A stretch of 64,000 nucleotides of DNA from Oikopleura dioica (GCA_907165135.1 OU015566.1:7068001-7132000), one strand, 5' to 3'. Shown: positions 14,192 through 26,537, numbered from the stretch's first letter. The notes: generated by a model from the sequence alone, not told the origin. A program made the numbers and translations.

Positions 14192-15291
14192 TTATTCTTC
14201 TTCTTGTCCGTGGGTGATCACGTAGCAGAGGGACTTGTAGTCGACCATGCCATCAGCGTCTTTTGAGGATTTTCAAGTAACGAATTTGAATTTTTGGTTG
14301 AAGAAAGAAAGCCTCGTTCCTGGAGTTGTGAAAGAATATACACTTTCAAGTTCTTTGGCGGAGAAGCGTTCCCCGGTATGCGTCAAGACCTCGTCAAGTT
14401 TTTGCTAAAAAGAGAAAGAAGAAAGAGCGATGAACCTGTGAAGTTCGCGAGATTATGGAAATGCCTCCACCTGTGCCGGTCTTGGCAGCGGTAGTTGAAC
14501 ACGAGGCATTCCTACCTTTGAGATAACCCCCTTGCCGTCCGGATCAAAGAGCTTGAAAGCTGAGACTATCACGTCCTCCGGGTCAGTTCCGTGAAGTTTA
14601 TCCGCCAGCATGTTCTGAAAAGAGGGATTACTGTCATGTTCCGAATGATTCGAGGAGATACAGATGCTGCTCAATTTAAGACCATGCTTAGGACGACTGA
14701 AATCCTCTTGTTTGTTTTTGGGGAGTTATATGCATTTGATATTGTTTACACTTTGTTAATCCGCTGTTTATTTTCGGTAACTTACCAAAAAAGCGGTAAA
14801 GTTGATACTCTGGGCGTTGGCTTCTTCCATCATCGCTTCCAGCTTTTTCATATCCATGTCACGTATGCCGAGCTGGGGACCGGGGTTGACGCCCTTACTC
14901 TTCCCCTTAGAGACAACTTTTTATCGATGCAGTTTAAAATAATTCTACAGAGCGAAAAATCTCTGCAAAATTTCTAACTCTAGTTTTCTTCTGCCATAAA
15001 AAAACGCTAGCTTTTTTATTGAAGAATATCTCGTGTCTCTAGAATTATGAAAATTCAACCCCTAACGAAGCATAAGTGGACCTGAGATCCTCTTTGTCGA
15101 TAAACCCATCTCGATTTGCGTCGATCATCCCGAACGCTTCCTGAAAGAAAAGCACACGATTGGTTCCGGTTTCGAAATATATCTTTAATCACCTTGAATT
15201 CTTGAATCTGCGGCTGCTCGAACATCGAAAAAACGTTCGAAGAGGACTTGGCCTTCTTCTTTTGGCCTTTTGCTTGCTTGCCTTTTCCCAT
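14192..15291 (-). CDS. MRLC: Myosin regulatory light chain (EF-hand), muscle type
   Basis: Exons 15193-15291, 15060-15140, 14786-14905 (or a shorter acceptor), 14516-14614, 14320-14404 and 14192-14259. Motifs: [68 protein letters not shown]. The last intron (14260-14319) is GA-AG. Confidence 0.92.
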
Positions 15292-16792
15292 TTTTTCCTG
15301 AAAAAGAAGGATGAGTCAACTTTTTTCGAACTTTGGAAAAGATCCCAAAGTTTAACTTTTCCCCAATTTTAGCCTCTAAATCAAGCCTCTTCACAAGATT
15401 TCCGACTGGCCTTTCCGCTACTTGTATAGAATTCGCCCCCTTTTTCTCGGACAGTGACTATTTTCCTCACGTTTTATTTGTTACCTTGGGTTAAATTTCT
15501 CTCGAACCGCCGCACTACAGTAGAAGATTCTTTCGTACTGAAGAGATGAAAGTTAGGAGATGCTTTATGCCGCGCGAGGGAGGTTTATCGGGGCCTGGGT
15601 ACTTCAGCAATCAGTGGCAAAAATAGCAAATGAAGAGGATCAAGACATGGAGCAGGGAGGCTTTATCGGGTGAGTCAAGATTTTTTCTTGCAGACGTAAG
15701 AACAGTGCTTGCTATTAAATGAAATAATTAGACAAAAATTTTACGAATATATTTATTTTATTTATTTATAATTATCAATCCGCTCATCATATATGATGAT
15801 ACTGAGTTAAGAGTTCTTCATTTCAAAGTTAATAAGATAAAGTGAGAAGCTGTGATAAACAGAATTGAAAAGATTGCAGAAAATACATTTTGAAGGGGAA
15901 ATTATAAAATTCTCTTAATTCTTCGCAAACTCAAATATGGATGAAAATGCTGTTGATTTGCCATTTTAAAAGTTTCATTTATGGTATTTTGCTTTTTCGA
16001 ATCGTCTGTTCTTATAGTCCAAATCTGAACTCCTGCTGAGCTTTATCGATACTTCCGTCGATATTTCCCTTTTCAATCCAATTTTCTGCTCCCTTGGATG
16101 TTGCGAGAAAAATCATTATTCCTTCTGACTCGTAGCTTGCACCAAAATAAAGCTGACGTGAAATTTATGAAATTTGAAATTCGTCGTGAAAGTACTCAAA
16201 ACAAGCCTAGCTTGGTTAAAATTTCCGTAAACATACGTTCTGCACGTTGTTTCACACGTCCGAGTATTGCTGTTATCCAACTTTGCATGAAATTAAAACG
16301 ACTTGGAAGAAAAAGGCCGTAATTTTTTCACTATAAAAGGCCTTAGCCTCAGATTGAAGCAGGAACGTGAGAAAAATGCAAACTAAAGAACTGGGTCACC
16401 CGCGAAAAAAATACAAAGCTCTACCTCGCGAAAAAATGTGTCCCACAACATTACAGCTGGCGAGTTGAAAAATTGATAAAATGCCGCGTCCGCCGCAAAA
16501 ATCCACGCCAACACAGCTAAATGCCCGGACTAATGCGCAAGAAATCGTAACGAGACCGTAATTTATTTTTTGTTGGCGAAGTCGGACGATGCTAATAGAA
16601 CGCAAAAATCTTGTCAAGGATCGTTTTTCGTGATGAGACAACAAAGACGCCTTATTCGAAAGTTACCTTATGATTTCTACTGAATTACAGTCAAAAGTAG
16701 ATACAGGTCAAAGATCACAAAATCGTTTATTTGCTTTTTATGTTTACTCTCAGACTGAGACTTGAAACGTTTTTTGCTCTTATTGAAAATTA

Positions 16793-17711
16793 ATGAGAAA
16801 TATGATTTTGGCATATTCTCTTTTTTGCTTCGCTTTTTCAAATGATATTGATAAGGAAGAAGCCAACTCGTTTCTACGAGTAAGAAGAGCCAATTCTGGG
16901 TTTGAGGAGTTCGGAAAAAGAGGAAACTTTGAAAGAGAATGCATCGAGGAAACTTGCGATTCGTACGAGTTTCATGAAGTTTATGATGATCATTCTATCT
17001 CTGATGAGCTTTTGGTTGAGCAAACTCTAGTAAAAATTATTTGACAGTCTTTAAGGGCAAGTATCTTCTCTGCAAAGAGTCAGAAAAACTGAATCTGGAA
17101 GTCAATGCGACATCGGCCCCTAATTTCGTCAGGAACTGTTTTGAAAATGAAAAATGGCCAACAATATGCAACAATACAGATATTGAAAGACAATTGTCAG
17201 AAAAAGACGAAGAAATCAAAGACCGGATCGGGGAGATTTCTTCACTGAAAGCTACAATTAATTGTTTATCTCGGGAGAAAAACATGCTTGAAAAAACCCT
17301 TGAAAAATATAAGGTAAAAGGTTTTTATATTTTTTTTATTCTGATTCATAGACGATACGGTTCTTGAAAGTTGACAAATTAATGGACTGGGAAACAGCAG
17401 ATACTTATTGCAAGGGAAAAGGCGGAAGGCTTGCGTTCTTTAACACTGAGTTTGAGTACAATCAATACATCCGATTGAAGCCATTTCGGAGTGAATTCAT
17501 TGGTATGAGACGGTATGGAAATTCTGGGCCAACAATTGGATGGAAAAATGTTGATGGATCAAGCCCTTATTTCAACTGGAAACGTAGACAGCCAGACAAC
17601 GCTGGAAACGTCGAGAGCTGTGGGATGGTCCTTCATCAAGAATATGTCCATTTGCAGATGAACGATATTCCCTGTGGAAGGCGTTACCATTTTACATGCA
17701 GACTAAATTAA
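16793..17711 (+). CDS. Secreted Gla-domain + coiled-coil + C-type lectin protein
   Basis: Exons 16793-17014, 17056-17313 and 17352-17711 (41- and 38-bp GT-AG introns). Signal peptide, propeptide [10 protein letters not shown], Gla motif [19 protein letters not shown], heptad region, and CTLD ([35 protein letters not shown]). Confidence 0.85.
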
Positions 17712-18955
17712 AAAAACTGATTTTTATATTCGTTATCGTATAAATTATACGGTATAATTAATTGATACGTTTGATTCCTTTAAAAATTCTGCTTCTTTTC
17801 ACCGGCTTTAGAATTTATGTCAAATAAAGTTTAGTCACTTTTTAAAGCGAATACGGTAATGAGTGTTATCTGCAGTAGAAGAAAAAATTTCCATTTCTCG
17901 CAAAAACATTTTCGTTTATCTTAAAAAGAGCATCAAAAAACCAGCGCCACTTGAGTTATCAACATTGCCTCGGTCGCCCGGTCGGTTTTCCGACTTCCCA
18001 CTCAACTCTGCTCCTTTTTTCAGGGCAATTTTAAAATTTGGTAGAACATGCACAAACATCAGCGGGACACGGTCAAAAAACGCGAGACAAACTACAGTAC
18101 GGAAAACTCGCTTGCTCGTTGAATTCAGCTAGAATGGGGGAGAAACGGGTTCTTTGGAATAGCGCTCTTCAAGTTCATATTTTATTGAATCAATTTCCTT
18201 CATTTTTATCATAAAAACTGATAATTTCGGCGCTGGTAAATAATGTATATACTCAGGGCCCGTCAATTAGGAACAATCGACCTCTTCAAAATCGGATTTG
18301 TTCGCCGCCCTCAGGCAGATTCCATCCGATTCTCAAAATCGTCCTCGCCAATTCTCATCATCCCCAATTATTTCTACCTTTTTCAGGTGGCCAAAAAGAG
18401 CTCAATTTCTAAAATTTTCGCGAAGCCAAATCTGTAAGTTGAAATCAAAAGAGAAATAAAATTAGATTTTTTTTCTTTTCTTAAACCTTGGAAACTTTCG
18501 TGTTTTGTACTTGATTTTTAAGCGTCCGATATTTTTAAGAAAAGAAAAGGACGTGTAAGGCGTCCCTTAGAAATACGCGAAGAATACGAAATATTCGCAC
18601 GACCGTGCATTTCCGTGGTAAATACAAATAGTCCAAATAGTTGACGCATTGAACATTCTTCAAATGATCAAAGATTTTTGAACGTTCAAGAGTTAACTTA
18701 GACAAGAAACCATAATCAGACAACAATCTCATCATTTTAGAATTTTTTTTCCTTTTCGTTAATGAGCTTTAATAATTAGTAAATTCATCTTCTGAAGGAT
18801 TTGCCCATCGTATCAAATGAAAAATGTCAGAGCCCAATTTCTGCAGAACTTGAATTTGGTTGTTTTTCTGCACGTTAGCTAGTTGCGTTCCGAGAGTTGC
18901 GTTTTTCGTAGCGCGAAGAAGTTAACTCGATCAGTTTCGAAAATGTGTTTAGAAT

Positions 18956-21900
18956 ATGTTTTCCCGTCATGCTCGGGCGGTGGGACCCGATCCTTCTGCG
19001 GCCAACACGACCTCGACGACTCTTCTCACCTCCATGACTTCTACATCTTCGCCTCCATCGCCTGCTGAAGAACCTCCTCCAGGAAAAGAGCATCTTTGAC
19101 CCAATAGTGGAGTTTTCAATGATAAGAGAAGGATTTCATGCAATCGAAAAAATTCAACCATGAAGTAGATAAGTATGTAAGGATAAGGACCATCTAGGTT
19201 AGCAATCTCGATACAGCTGGTGATAAGAGACATAACTTCGGTATAAAAAGAGCCTGTGTTCGTTTTTTTACCAGAATTAAGTAACAAGATTTTTAAATGA
19301 AACAAATAATCAAACGATAGAAAGATATTTAATTTTTTGAAAATCTGAAGAAAATGCTCATTGAAATGAATCATTATCATCTTTTAGTCCAACTGGAATG
19401 CCGACAGAATTTAAATTATGAATAAAGTCAAACTTGGCATAACTTTCTTACCACTTTCTTTTAAAAGCTCTGAAAAGGTCTTCCTCATCTTGTTGCGGAC
19501 GTCGGTAGATCGATTTTCAAAGTTGGAGAATCATCAGCAAAAGTGGCTTCCCGCATAGGAACCGGCTCAATAAGCTACTATTAGATTAACAAAAGTCAGA
19601 TAATGTTTCTGGTTTCAGACCGTTTGCCAACACCTGTCGAGCCAATTTGAAGATGACGATTTGTTCATTTTCGCTTCTGAAAATGGAGTTTCAATGCCCA
19701 AATGGGTCTTTAGCGGTCTGGCGGCGGTCACCTCGCTGGTCATCTTTAGGTCAGTTCAATCCACATTTGTCCAGTCAATAAATCTCGCCAGCGACAAATC
19801 GACAAATCCGATTATTATTTTCTTACTCCCGCATATTTCCAAATCGAATAATCAAAACACGCTCATCCGATTAATCAAATTTGCATTTGCATTTTTCTTT
19901 TCAGACGATTTTTATTAACTAGGGTTAAAAATAATCTTGAAAATGATCAACCCCTAATTATGTCGACCTCTTAGCCTTAGGGTCCAAAATCCGTTAAAAT
20001 AAGGACCTTTTTAAACAATAAAAAGTCCGTTAAAACGAGTTTTCTTCAAGAAATTCGCTCGATAAAATGGGTGCCCCTTATTTTCTTAATAATCATCAAG
20101 AAAAATTCAGTTTTCTGCTTTGTATCTGCAAGAAATGCTGCTGCAAGAAAGAAAAGGAAAAAGAAAAGAAGGGTCTCAAAAATGGCAAGGGACCAGAGAA
20201 GGGCTCAGCCACTCTTCAGAAGATTCAGCCGGATATGAACGAATTAAATGTAAGCCTAACAACGTGTGTTCTTAATTCTGTTTGAGAACTTATGCGCCAA
20301 CGAGCGAGCTAATTAGATATTCGTTCTCTTTTTCTAAGTTCATTTTGTTTTTGATTTGGGGTGTTTTAGAAACTTGGGAAGAAAGAAAAGAAACTTGGCA
20401 AGCTTCAGTACTCGCTCGACTATGACTTCCAGAATAATACTGTAAGAATCAAAATTTTATCGACGATTATAATAGGAACCCACAAAAAATTTCGACAAAT
20501 TTTGCGAGGAAATTTTCTACCAATCAGAAGTTTTGATTAGGCTAACTGGCCAATCAGCAGCCGAGAAGCCGCCCACGCAAAATTTGTCGAAATTTTTGTC
20601 GGCTCCTGAAGCCACCCCGTTAATGGGACTCCCAATTTTAGTACCACACCCCCTAGTCAAACCCTAACCCTAACCCCCCATAGTCACACCCTTAATCAAA
20701 ACCTTGTCTTTCTAGCTCTCAGTGAAGGTTCTTCAAGCTTCAGAACTTCCAGCCATGGACTTAGGGCCGTTCCGTGATGCATTAATAGTAATTCAATAAG
20801 ACAAGATTCTGACTGTAATAAGTGGCGATAAAGTGACGTGGCTCGATCAGAGGCGTAAAAATTGAAATAATCCTGCTCCCCCTGGTTGGACGGTAATGAG
20901 CTTTTAATTTGCATAAAGAGGGAGAGCAGATTAGCATTTTGTTCAAATTAGTGATAAAAGCTTTTGTCTCTTACCAGTTAGCTTCCGCCAGGGAAGCGAT
21001 TTGCGGATGTTAACTTCCATCTTAAAAATCGAAATCGAAATTACTTGTGGCTCATTTTAAATAATTTTGCATCACGGGACTAAGGCGGAACTTCCGACCC
21101 TTATGTGAAAGTTATTCTTCTGGAACGGGGATTTTCAAGACATAAGGGACCTAGGATCGAGTCTTGATTTTAATACGTTTTTGAAAACCTTAATTCTTGA
21201 AAATAAAAAATCTTTATATATTTTAAAAGAATCAATTTTTCTGAAGATTATAATTCACTATCTACAATTACTACAGCACTGAGGCACGTACAGGAGGATT
21301 CAAACGGTTGATTCATTTCCTCGAATTAAGGTGTTCCGTTATTTCAGTTGTTAAAAGCCAAGGAAACAGGTTTTCCTGAATGCTTCCGTGACGCAACAAA
21401 GCGCGAAATCCCCCGCTAAAGCCCGACAGAAAGAAAAAATTCGAAACGAAGGTTCAAAAGAAGACCCTAAATCCAGGAACGTGATACCCTCTTCGCTCCC
21501 TTTTTTAAGGAGGTCGCTAATTACAGGAGTTTATCAATGATTGAGTGTTTAATGAAACATTTACGTTCACTGTTCCATACGCCGAGATCGGTGGAAAAAC
21601 GCTTGTCCTCGCTGCATACGATTTCGACAGGTTTTCAGTAAGCCCTTTTTTTGTTCGAGAAGAGTGAAGCTTATGCCGCGCAGAAGTGTCTTTTTGCTTA
21701 ACACTTTGTTCAAGAAACACGATGTCATTGGAGAGGTTCGAGTGCCGATGAACTCTGTTGACTTGGGTCAGGTGGTCGAGGAGTGGAAGGAGCTTCAAGC
21801 TGGAGGAAATGATGGTGAGTTAAGGTTACCCTGGGGTTAGGGTTAGGAAAAAGGGCTGGAAAAATGGGGGTGGCGTCAGGAACCGACAAATTTTGCGTGG

Positions 21901-24788
21901 GCGGCTGCCCGACTGCTGATTGGGCGGATAGCCGAATCCGGGCTTCTTATTCGTCGAAAATTTCCACGCAAAATTTGTCGAATTTTCTGTCGGTTCCAGA
22001 AATCTCCCCGAAAAATGTCGGGTAGGTTAGGGTTAGTATTAGGAGGTTTCTTCGGGATTCTTACTGGCTGATTGAAAAAAAATGACTCTGATTGGCTACG
22101 AGGTCTGCTAAGTCCTCAAGAGCTTTTGGAATTTAGGCTTTATGGTTATCAGGGCCCCTAAATTGTCCTTTTATGGGTATTCTTATTAAAAATCTTGCCT
22201 TCAATATTATTTTAGGCTGTTTAACTAACCCTGTTATACAGATGTTGCTTTGAACTAGATTCTAGAGCACACAGATTATAAATTGTAAGCAAGATGATTT
22301 TCATCGTTCTTTCGTTATGGATTCAAATTTATTCTAAATGCGATGAGAGTGGAACACGAAAAGGGAAACATTCAAACAAAGTTGTTGTTTGTTTTGAAAA
22401 TTGAAACTGATAATTGATAATTGAAACGTTTCCGAACGTGTTTCTCGCCAGATAAGTCGAATTAATTGAAAGAATTCGTTTAGGATCTTCATTACGAAAT
22501 TTTAAATACGCCATTATTTTTTCTGTTTGTTTGAGATTAAGGGCGTATTCTTCGATAGAAACAGCAGTTGCGCGTGTACAAAATAATTAGATTTCGTGGC
22601 GTTTTTTCACGGATAAAATGTCAAATCGCCTTAATCTCATCCAACTGGGTCTAAAACAAGAATCGTAACACGCTATGAAATAAGGGATTTATGTGGCTTC
22701 AGAGAAAGCAGAGCCTGCTCTCACGTGACATTATTCAGATAACGATAAACCCGGCGACATCTGCTTCAGCCTCCGCTACGTCCCTACTGCCGGAAAATTG
22801 ACTATTGTTATTTTGGAAGCCAAGAGTGAGGGTTGTTAATCATTAAATGTATAGTTTTGCCAAAAAATTATTTGAGTGCTTCCAAGTCTGTAAAATCAAC
22901 ATGACCTTTTTTAGTTTTTCGAAGATTTCGGTAGATAGAATTTAGATAAGCACATCATATGAATCATGTGATATGATAAAAATCTTGCAGCTGTTTTTTA
23001 CAGCTTGCCAACTAACAGCTGGCCTCAAATTTTTCGATTTAAAGAACTCGGAGAAACCTGAGAGCTGAGAAAATATATTTTTCTTATTTTATAAGATGGA
23101 GCAAGATTTTGTGAGACTGTGTATCCTAGGTATTCAATGAAGATTAATAAAATTATATTATAAACAAAATGCCTAGTGAAAAATTATATATTCATTTTTT
23201 GTTGGGTCCTGTAAACATCCTCATAATCGCACATCAAATTTTCATACAATTTAATCATACATACCAATTAGGTCTTCACGAAATTGAGCAAGTTTCAAAA
23301 CTCAGAACAACAAATTTTCGCCGTTAGAACTCATTTTAATTTCGCCAACGGGCGCGAATTCAGGTTTTCGGACCCTCAATTTGAGAATTTGAAGAAAATG
23401 GACGTCGGCGGCTTGTCGGACCCTTACGTCAAGATCACCGTCTACTCTTCTGACAACAAACGACTGAAAAAGAAGAAGACAACCGTCAAGGTCGGCTTTC
23501 GGAAGTGATTATTTATTGAAGCTCCTCTCTATTTTCGACTATTGAAAGTTAAAGTGAATTTTGCTTGAATTTGGGAGAGAGGAGCAACGTGGGCTCCTCT
23601 TGAATACAAAAATACGATGTATTCCGTGACTATCACGTGAACTCGGGTCGCAGCTGACTTCAAATGAAAAAAAACTCTTGAGTAAAGCAATAACCTTGGT
23701 TGAAAATGGAACCGGGTGGAATAAGAACTTATGGATTCTCTTCCGATTTGAGGGGTTAAGGGGATGAGGGAGGATATCGTGAGCTCGATATTCTAGTTAT
23801 CTTTGCTTCGATTTAGGGAAGTGACACCCATATTTTACAATTTTGCTTTTTACAGAAAAGAAAAAAAAGGAAAAAGCTCTTAACTTCATTTTGAAGTAAG
23901 GGTATCACCGTATAAACCCTGAAAAGCGATACCTTCAATAAGGGTGTCGCAGTCAAATTTGAAATTTATTATGACCTTTAGATACCCCTAATCATCTTAT
24001 TTTTCGAAAGCCTTTTTCTCAGAAAAACACGCTGAACCCTTACTTCAACGAAAGCTTCTCCTTCGAGATTCCTTTTGAACAAATTCAGGAGCGTGGTCTA
24101 ATTTCACCACTCTTTGTAAAAATTTTGCGACGAGCTGGTCGAAATTCGAGGAAGCGGAAATGCGAGCGGGCCCACAAGACGTGCCTTTAAAACCATAATG
24201 TTAGAAGACGCACTTCGTAAATTTTCATGCGTTACGTTTTTAGTGTTCATGGGAACGTACTACTAGAAAGTTTTTGAGACGAAAAATCGTTGATTTTTTT
24301 TCCGATTTAGAGGAACTTCTAAAAATGAATAAGAAAATTGTCAATTTTTAGTTTGGCTCGGCAACCTGTGTGTAAACCTGAGTCAGGGTCATCAGAGGTC
24401 GTTCAGAACCCTGAGTCAGGTTTCTGCACAGGTTCTTGCGCTCATAAAATACGAAAATCTTGACCACGTGACCTCAGAAAGTCTCAGTTACCATAACAGT
24501 AAACGACTACGACCGAATGGGCAAAAACGAAGCGATCGGTAAGCTGACTCTTGGATGCCACGCTTCCGGTTCAGGCACCGGTTGAATTTGCCATTCTTTG
24601 TATAATAATTCATTTCTTCTCGGTAAGCAAATATCGTGAGCGCGCTGAGCAGGATCAACCCTATTCACGAAAAATAAGGGTAGATAGAAATTCAACGGCG
24701 AAAAGAATTGAGACATTGGAGCGACATGCTTGCTTCGCCGAGGAGGCCGATTGCTCAGTGGCATACGCTTATGCAAGGAGAAGACTGA
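18956..24788 (+). CDS. SYT1: Synaptotagmin-1/2-like Ca2+ sensor (TM, C2A, C2B)
   Basis: Exons at about 18956-19082 (start and first junction uncertain), 19619-19749, 20111-20248, 20370-20441, 20716-20764, 21085-21122, 21422-21476, 21546-21637, 21715-21814, 22739-22824, 23386-23490, 24023-24088, 24478-24574 and 24706-24788. Motifs: [95 protein letters not shown]. Confidence 0.95.
20474..20680. repeat. Intronic MITE-like hairpin (about 33-bp TIRs) with adjacent CCCTAA repeats
   Basis: AGGAACCCACAAAAAATTTCGACAAATTTTGCG ... CGCAAAATTTGTCGAAATTTTTGTCGGCTCCT (20474-20607), followed by a flank containing ACCCTAACCCTAACCCC. Confidence 0.65.
21832..21997. repeat. Second copy of the same MITE-like element, in inverted orientation
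   Basis: GGGGTTAGGGTTAGG...GGGGTGGCGTCAGGAACCGACAAATTTTGCGTGGGCGGCT... is the reverse-complement homolog of 20474-20680. Confidence 0.65.
24353..24440. mobile_element. Short degenerate hairpin related to the CTGGGCTCGGCAA-TIR hAT-like family
   Basis: GGCTCGGCAACCTGTGTGTAAACCTGAGTCAGGG...CCCTGAGTCAGGTTTCTGCACAGGTT resembles 50873-50997 and the termini of 48925-49527. Lies in the GA-AG Syt intron. Confidence 0.45.
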
Positions 24789-24910
24789 AGCTGATTTTTG
24801 TCTTGCAATAAAATTATTAAAATAACAATGAAATGAATGTTTTATCAGTTTATTGAGTGCAGTGAGATCTCATATTTCTCGTGAAAGGATAGAAGAAAAA
24901 CAATCAATTT

Positions 24911-25135
24911 CTAGCTACCAGTAGAGGCATAATCACAAAAAAGGTCGTCATAGCTTGGCAGTATGTCAATGCCTGCGCTTCTATTGCTTGATAATGATGT
25001 TCCTCTGTTTCGAGTTTCAGCATTTTCTGAAGTGTTGTTTACCTTGCGATGTTTCTTTGCGATGAAAGCACAGCAAAAAATTATGCTCCCGAATGCAACG
25101 AAAAGTATAATAGCGATTATGAATTCCGAATTCAT
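24911..25135 (-). CDS. Single-pass membrane microprotein with LPSY motif (paralog 1)
   Basis: 74 aa: N-terminal TM, CC, basic stop-transfer KKHRK, DILPSYDDLF. Intronless. Confidence 0.65.
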   Translation of the reverse strand: MNSEFIIAIILFVAFGSIIFCCAFIAKKHRKVNNTSENAETRNRGTSLSSNRSAGIDILPSYDDLFCDYASTGS

Positions 25136-25373
25136 TTTTCAGAATAAATTTTCGTGTGGAAGGCTTCAATGATGAGGCGAATGGGTGTGCAAATGTCATT
25201 TGTATTTATTTTTATTCAGCAAAAGCTTGTCGAGTAGAGCGATGAACTCTTAATCATCATCTAAAGAAAATATTTTACAGTTTGAAAAAGTGAAGTAAGG
25301 GACACATTTCTTCACTTTTCAGGTCAAATAACAGGAAACAGCTTAAGTGTTAGAAAAGACGGTTTGTCAGTTT

Positions 25374-25625
25374 TCAGTTCGAAAAAAGCTCGTCGTAACT
25401 TGGTGGCAGGTCAATATCGACTTTTGTATTTCGGTTTTCATCGTCTTCATAATTCGGATTGACTTGAATTGCGGTTTCTCTATTTGGAGTTTCCCTGTTT
25501 TCTGACGTGTTCCCTCTTTCTGGGCAGATTTTTCTTTTCCTGAAGATGCAGAAAAAAGTTCCAATGATGATACCCGCGAAAAATAAGCCGACAATAATAT
25601 ATTGAGAGATTCCTAAAGCTGCCAT
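25374..25625 (-). CDS. Single-pass membrane microprotein with NPNY and PPSY motifs (paralog 2)
   Basis: 83 aa from the ATG at 25625: MAALGISQYIIVGLFFAGIIIGTFFCIFRKRK...VNPNYED...DIDLPPSYDELF. Confidence 0.7.
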   Translation of the reverse strand: MAALGISQYIIVGLFFAGIIIGTFFCIFRKRKICPERGNTSENRETPNRETAIQVNPNYEDDENRNTKVDIDLPPSYDELFSN

Positions 25626-25848
25626 TTTCAGAATAACTATTATGCGGAAGGATTTATTCATGACAAAAATTGATGTGCAAATGCCAAGAAAATTTTTTAC
25701 TTCTGAAATAGAACTGTAGTTCATCACGATCATTTCGCCTGATGTTAACATCATTTTACTTTTGGCATTTTGATTCAACCCTTGTTTTGTTTCTTTTATT
25801 TCAAAAACAGTACTACCAGGTAGGGTGGGTCACTTTTCAAACAATTTT

Positions 25849-26137
25849 TCTGTACGCTCTATTTTTTGGGCTTATCTGATAGAGCTCGTTGCGCTGATCA
25901 TTTTGAGCCCTCAAGTTGCTCAGTACACTTCCGGGAAAGTACTTTTTTGGGCTCTAGAAAATCTGAAAAATCGAAAAATTCGGTTTTTCATAAATACTCT
26001 GTACACTCGACTTTTTGGGCTCATTTGATAGAGCTCGTTGCGCTGATAATTTTAAGCACTCTTGTACCTCGGTACTGTTCCGGGAAAGTACTTTTTTGGG
26101 CTCTAGAAAACTTCAAAAATCGAAAAATCCGGTTTTT
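25849..26137. repeat. Tandem duplication of an about 140-150-bp unit
   Basis: Two diverged copies (TCTGTAC..TTTTGGGCT..GATAGAGCTCGTTGCGCTGAT..TTCCGGGAAAGTACTTTTTTGGGCTCTAGAAAA..AAAAATCGAAAAAT) start at about 25849 and 25998. Confidence 0.75.
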
Positions 26138-26273
26138 TTCGTTTCATTCTGAATTCCCAAAAACTTAAGTGAGAAAATAAATAATATATTACTAAAATGA
26201 ACAGATGAAATGATGAAAAAGCAAATGTAAAGGAAATAAAAAGTTAAAAGCAAAAAATAATAAATACCAGGTC

Positions 26274-26537
26274 CTAGCTGGGATAAAGCTCTTCGTAACT
26301 TGGCGGCAAATCAACATCAATTTTTTCATGATGATTTTCATAGTCTTCGTAATTTGAAGAAACCTCTATCGATATTTCTCCATTCTCTGCTGTTTCTGTA
26401 CTCGAATCAGCAATTTGGCTTTCTGTCTCTGATGAACCGACTTGTGTTTTCTTGAAAATGCAAAAATAAGTCCCGATGATAAAAAGTGCGAAAAAAGTGA
26501 CGGCGATTATTATTGAAATTTCAGCAGTTGATGCCAT
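26274..26537 (-). CDS. Single-pass membrane microprotein with PPSY motif (paralog 3)
   Basis: 87 aa: TM, YFCIFKK, acidic tail, DVDLPPSYEELY. A TTCAG acceptor-like site lies just upstream of the ATG. Confidence 0.7.
   Translation of the reverse strand: MASTAEISIIIAVTFFALFIIGTYFCIFKKTQVGSSETESQIADSSTETAENGEISIEVSSNYEDYENHHEKIDVDLPPSYEELYPS

Noticed and set aside
14870-15066. A second TT-AG intron candidate in MRLC (TCG|TTAGG...CCCAG|CTC)
   Set aside because: A canonical in-frame GT donor lies 6 nt away, so a non-canonical model is unnecessary.
25814-26272. TACCAGGT direct repeat suggesting a TSD around a SINE-like insert
   Set aside because: There are no TIRs, and the A-rich end is better explained as the 3' UTR of the adjacent minus-strand gene. 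Only the tandem duplication is reported.
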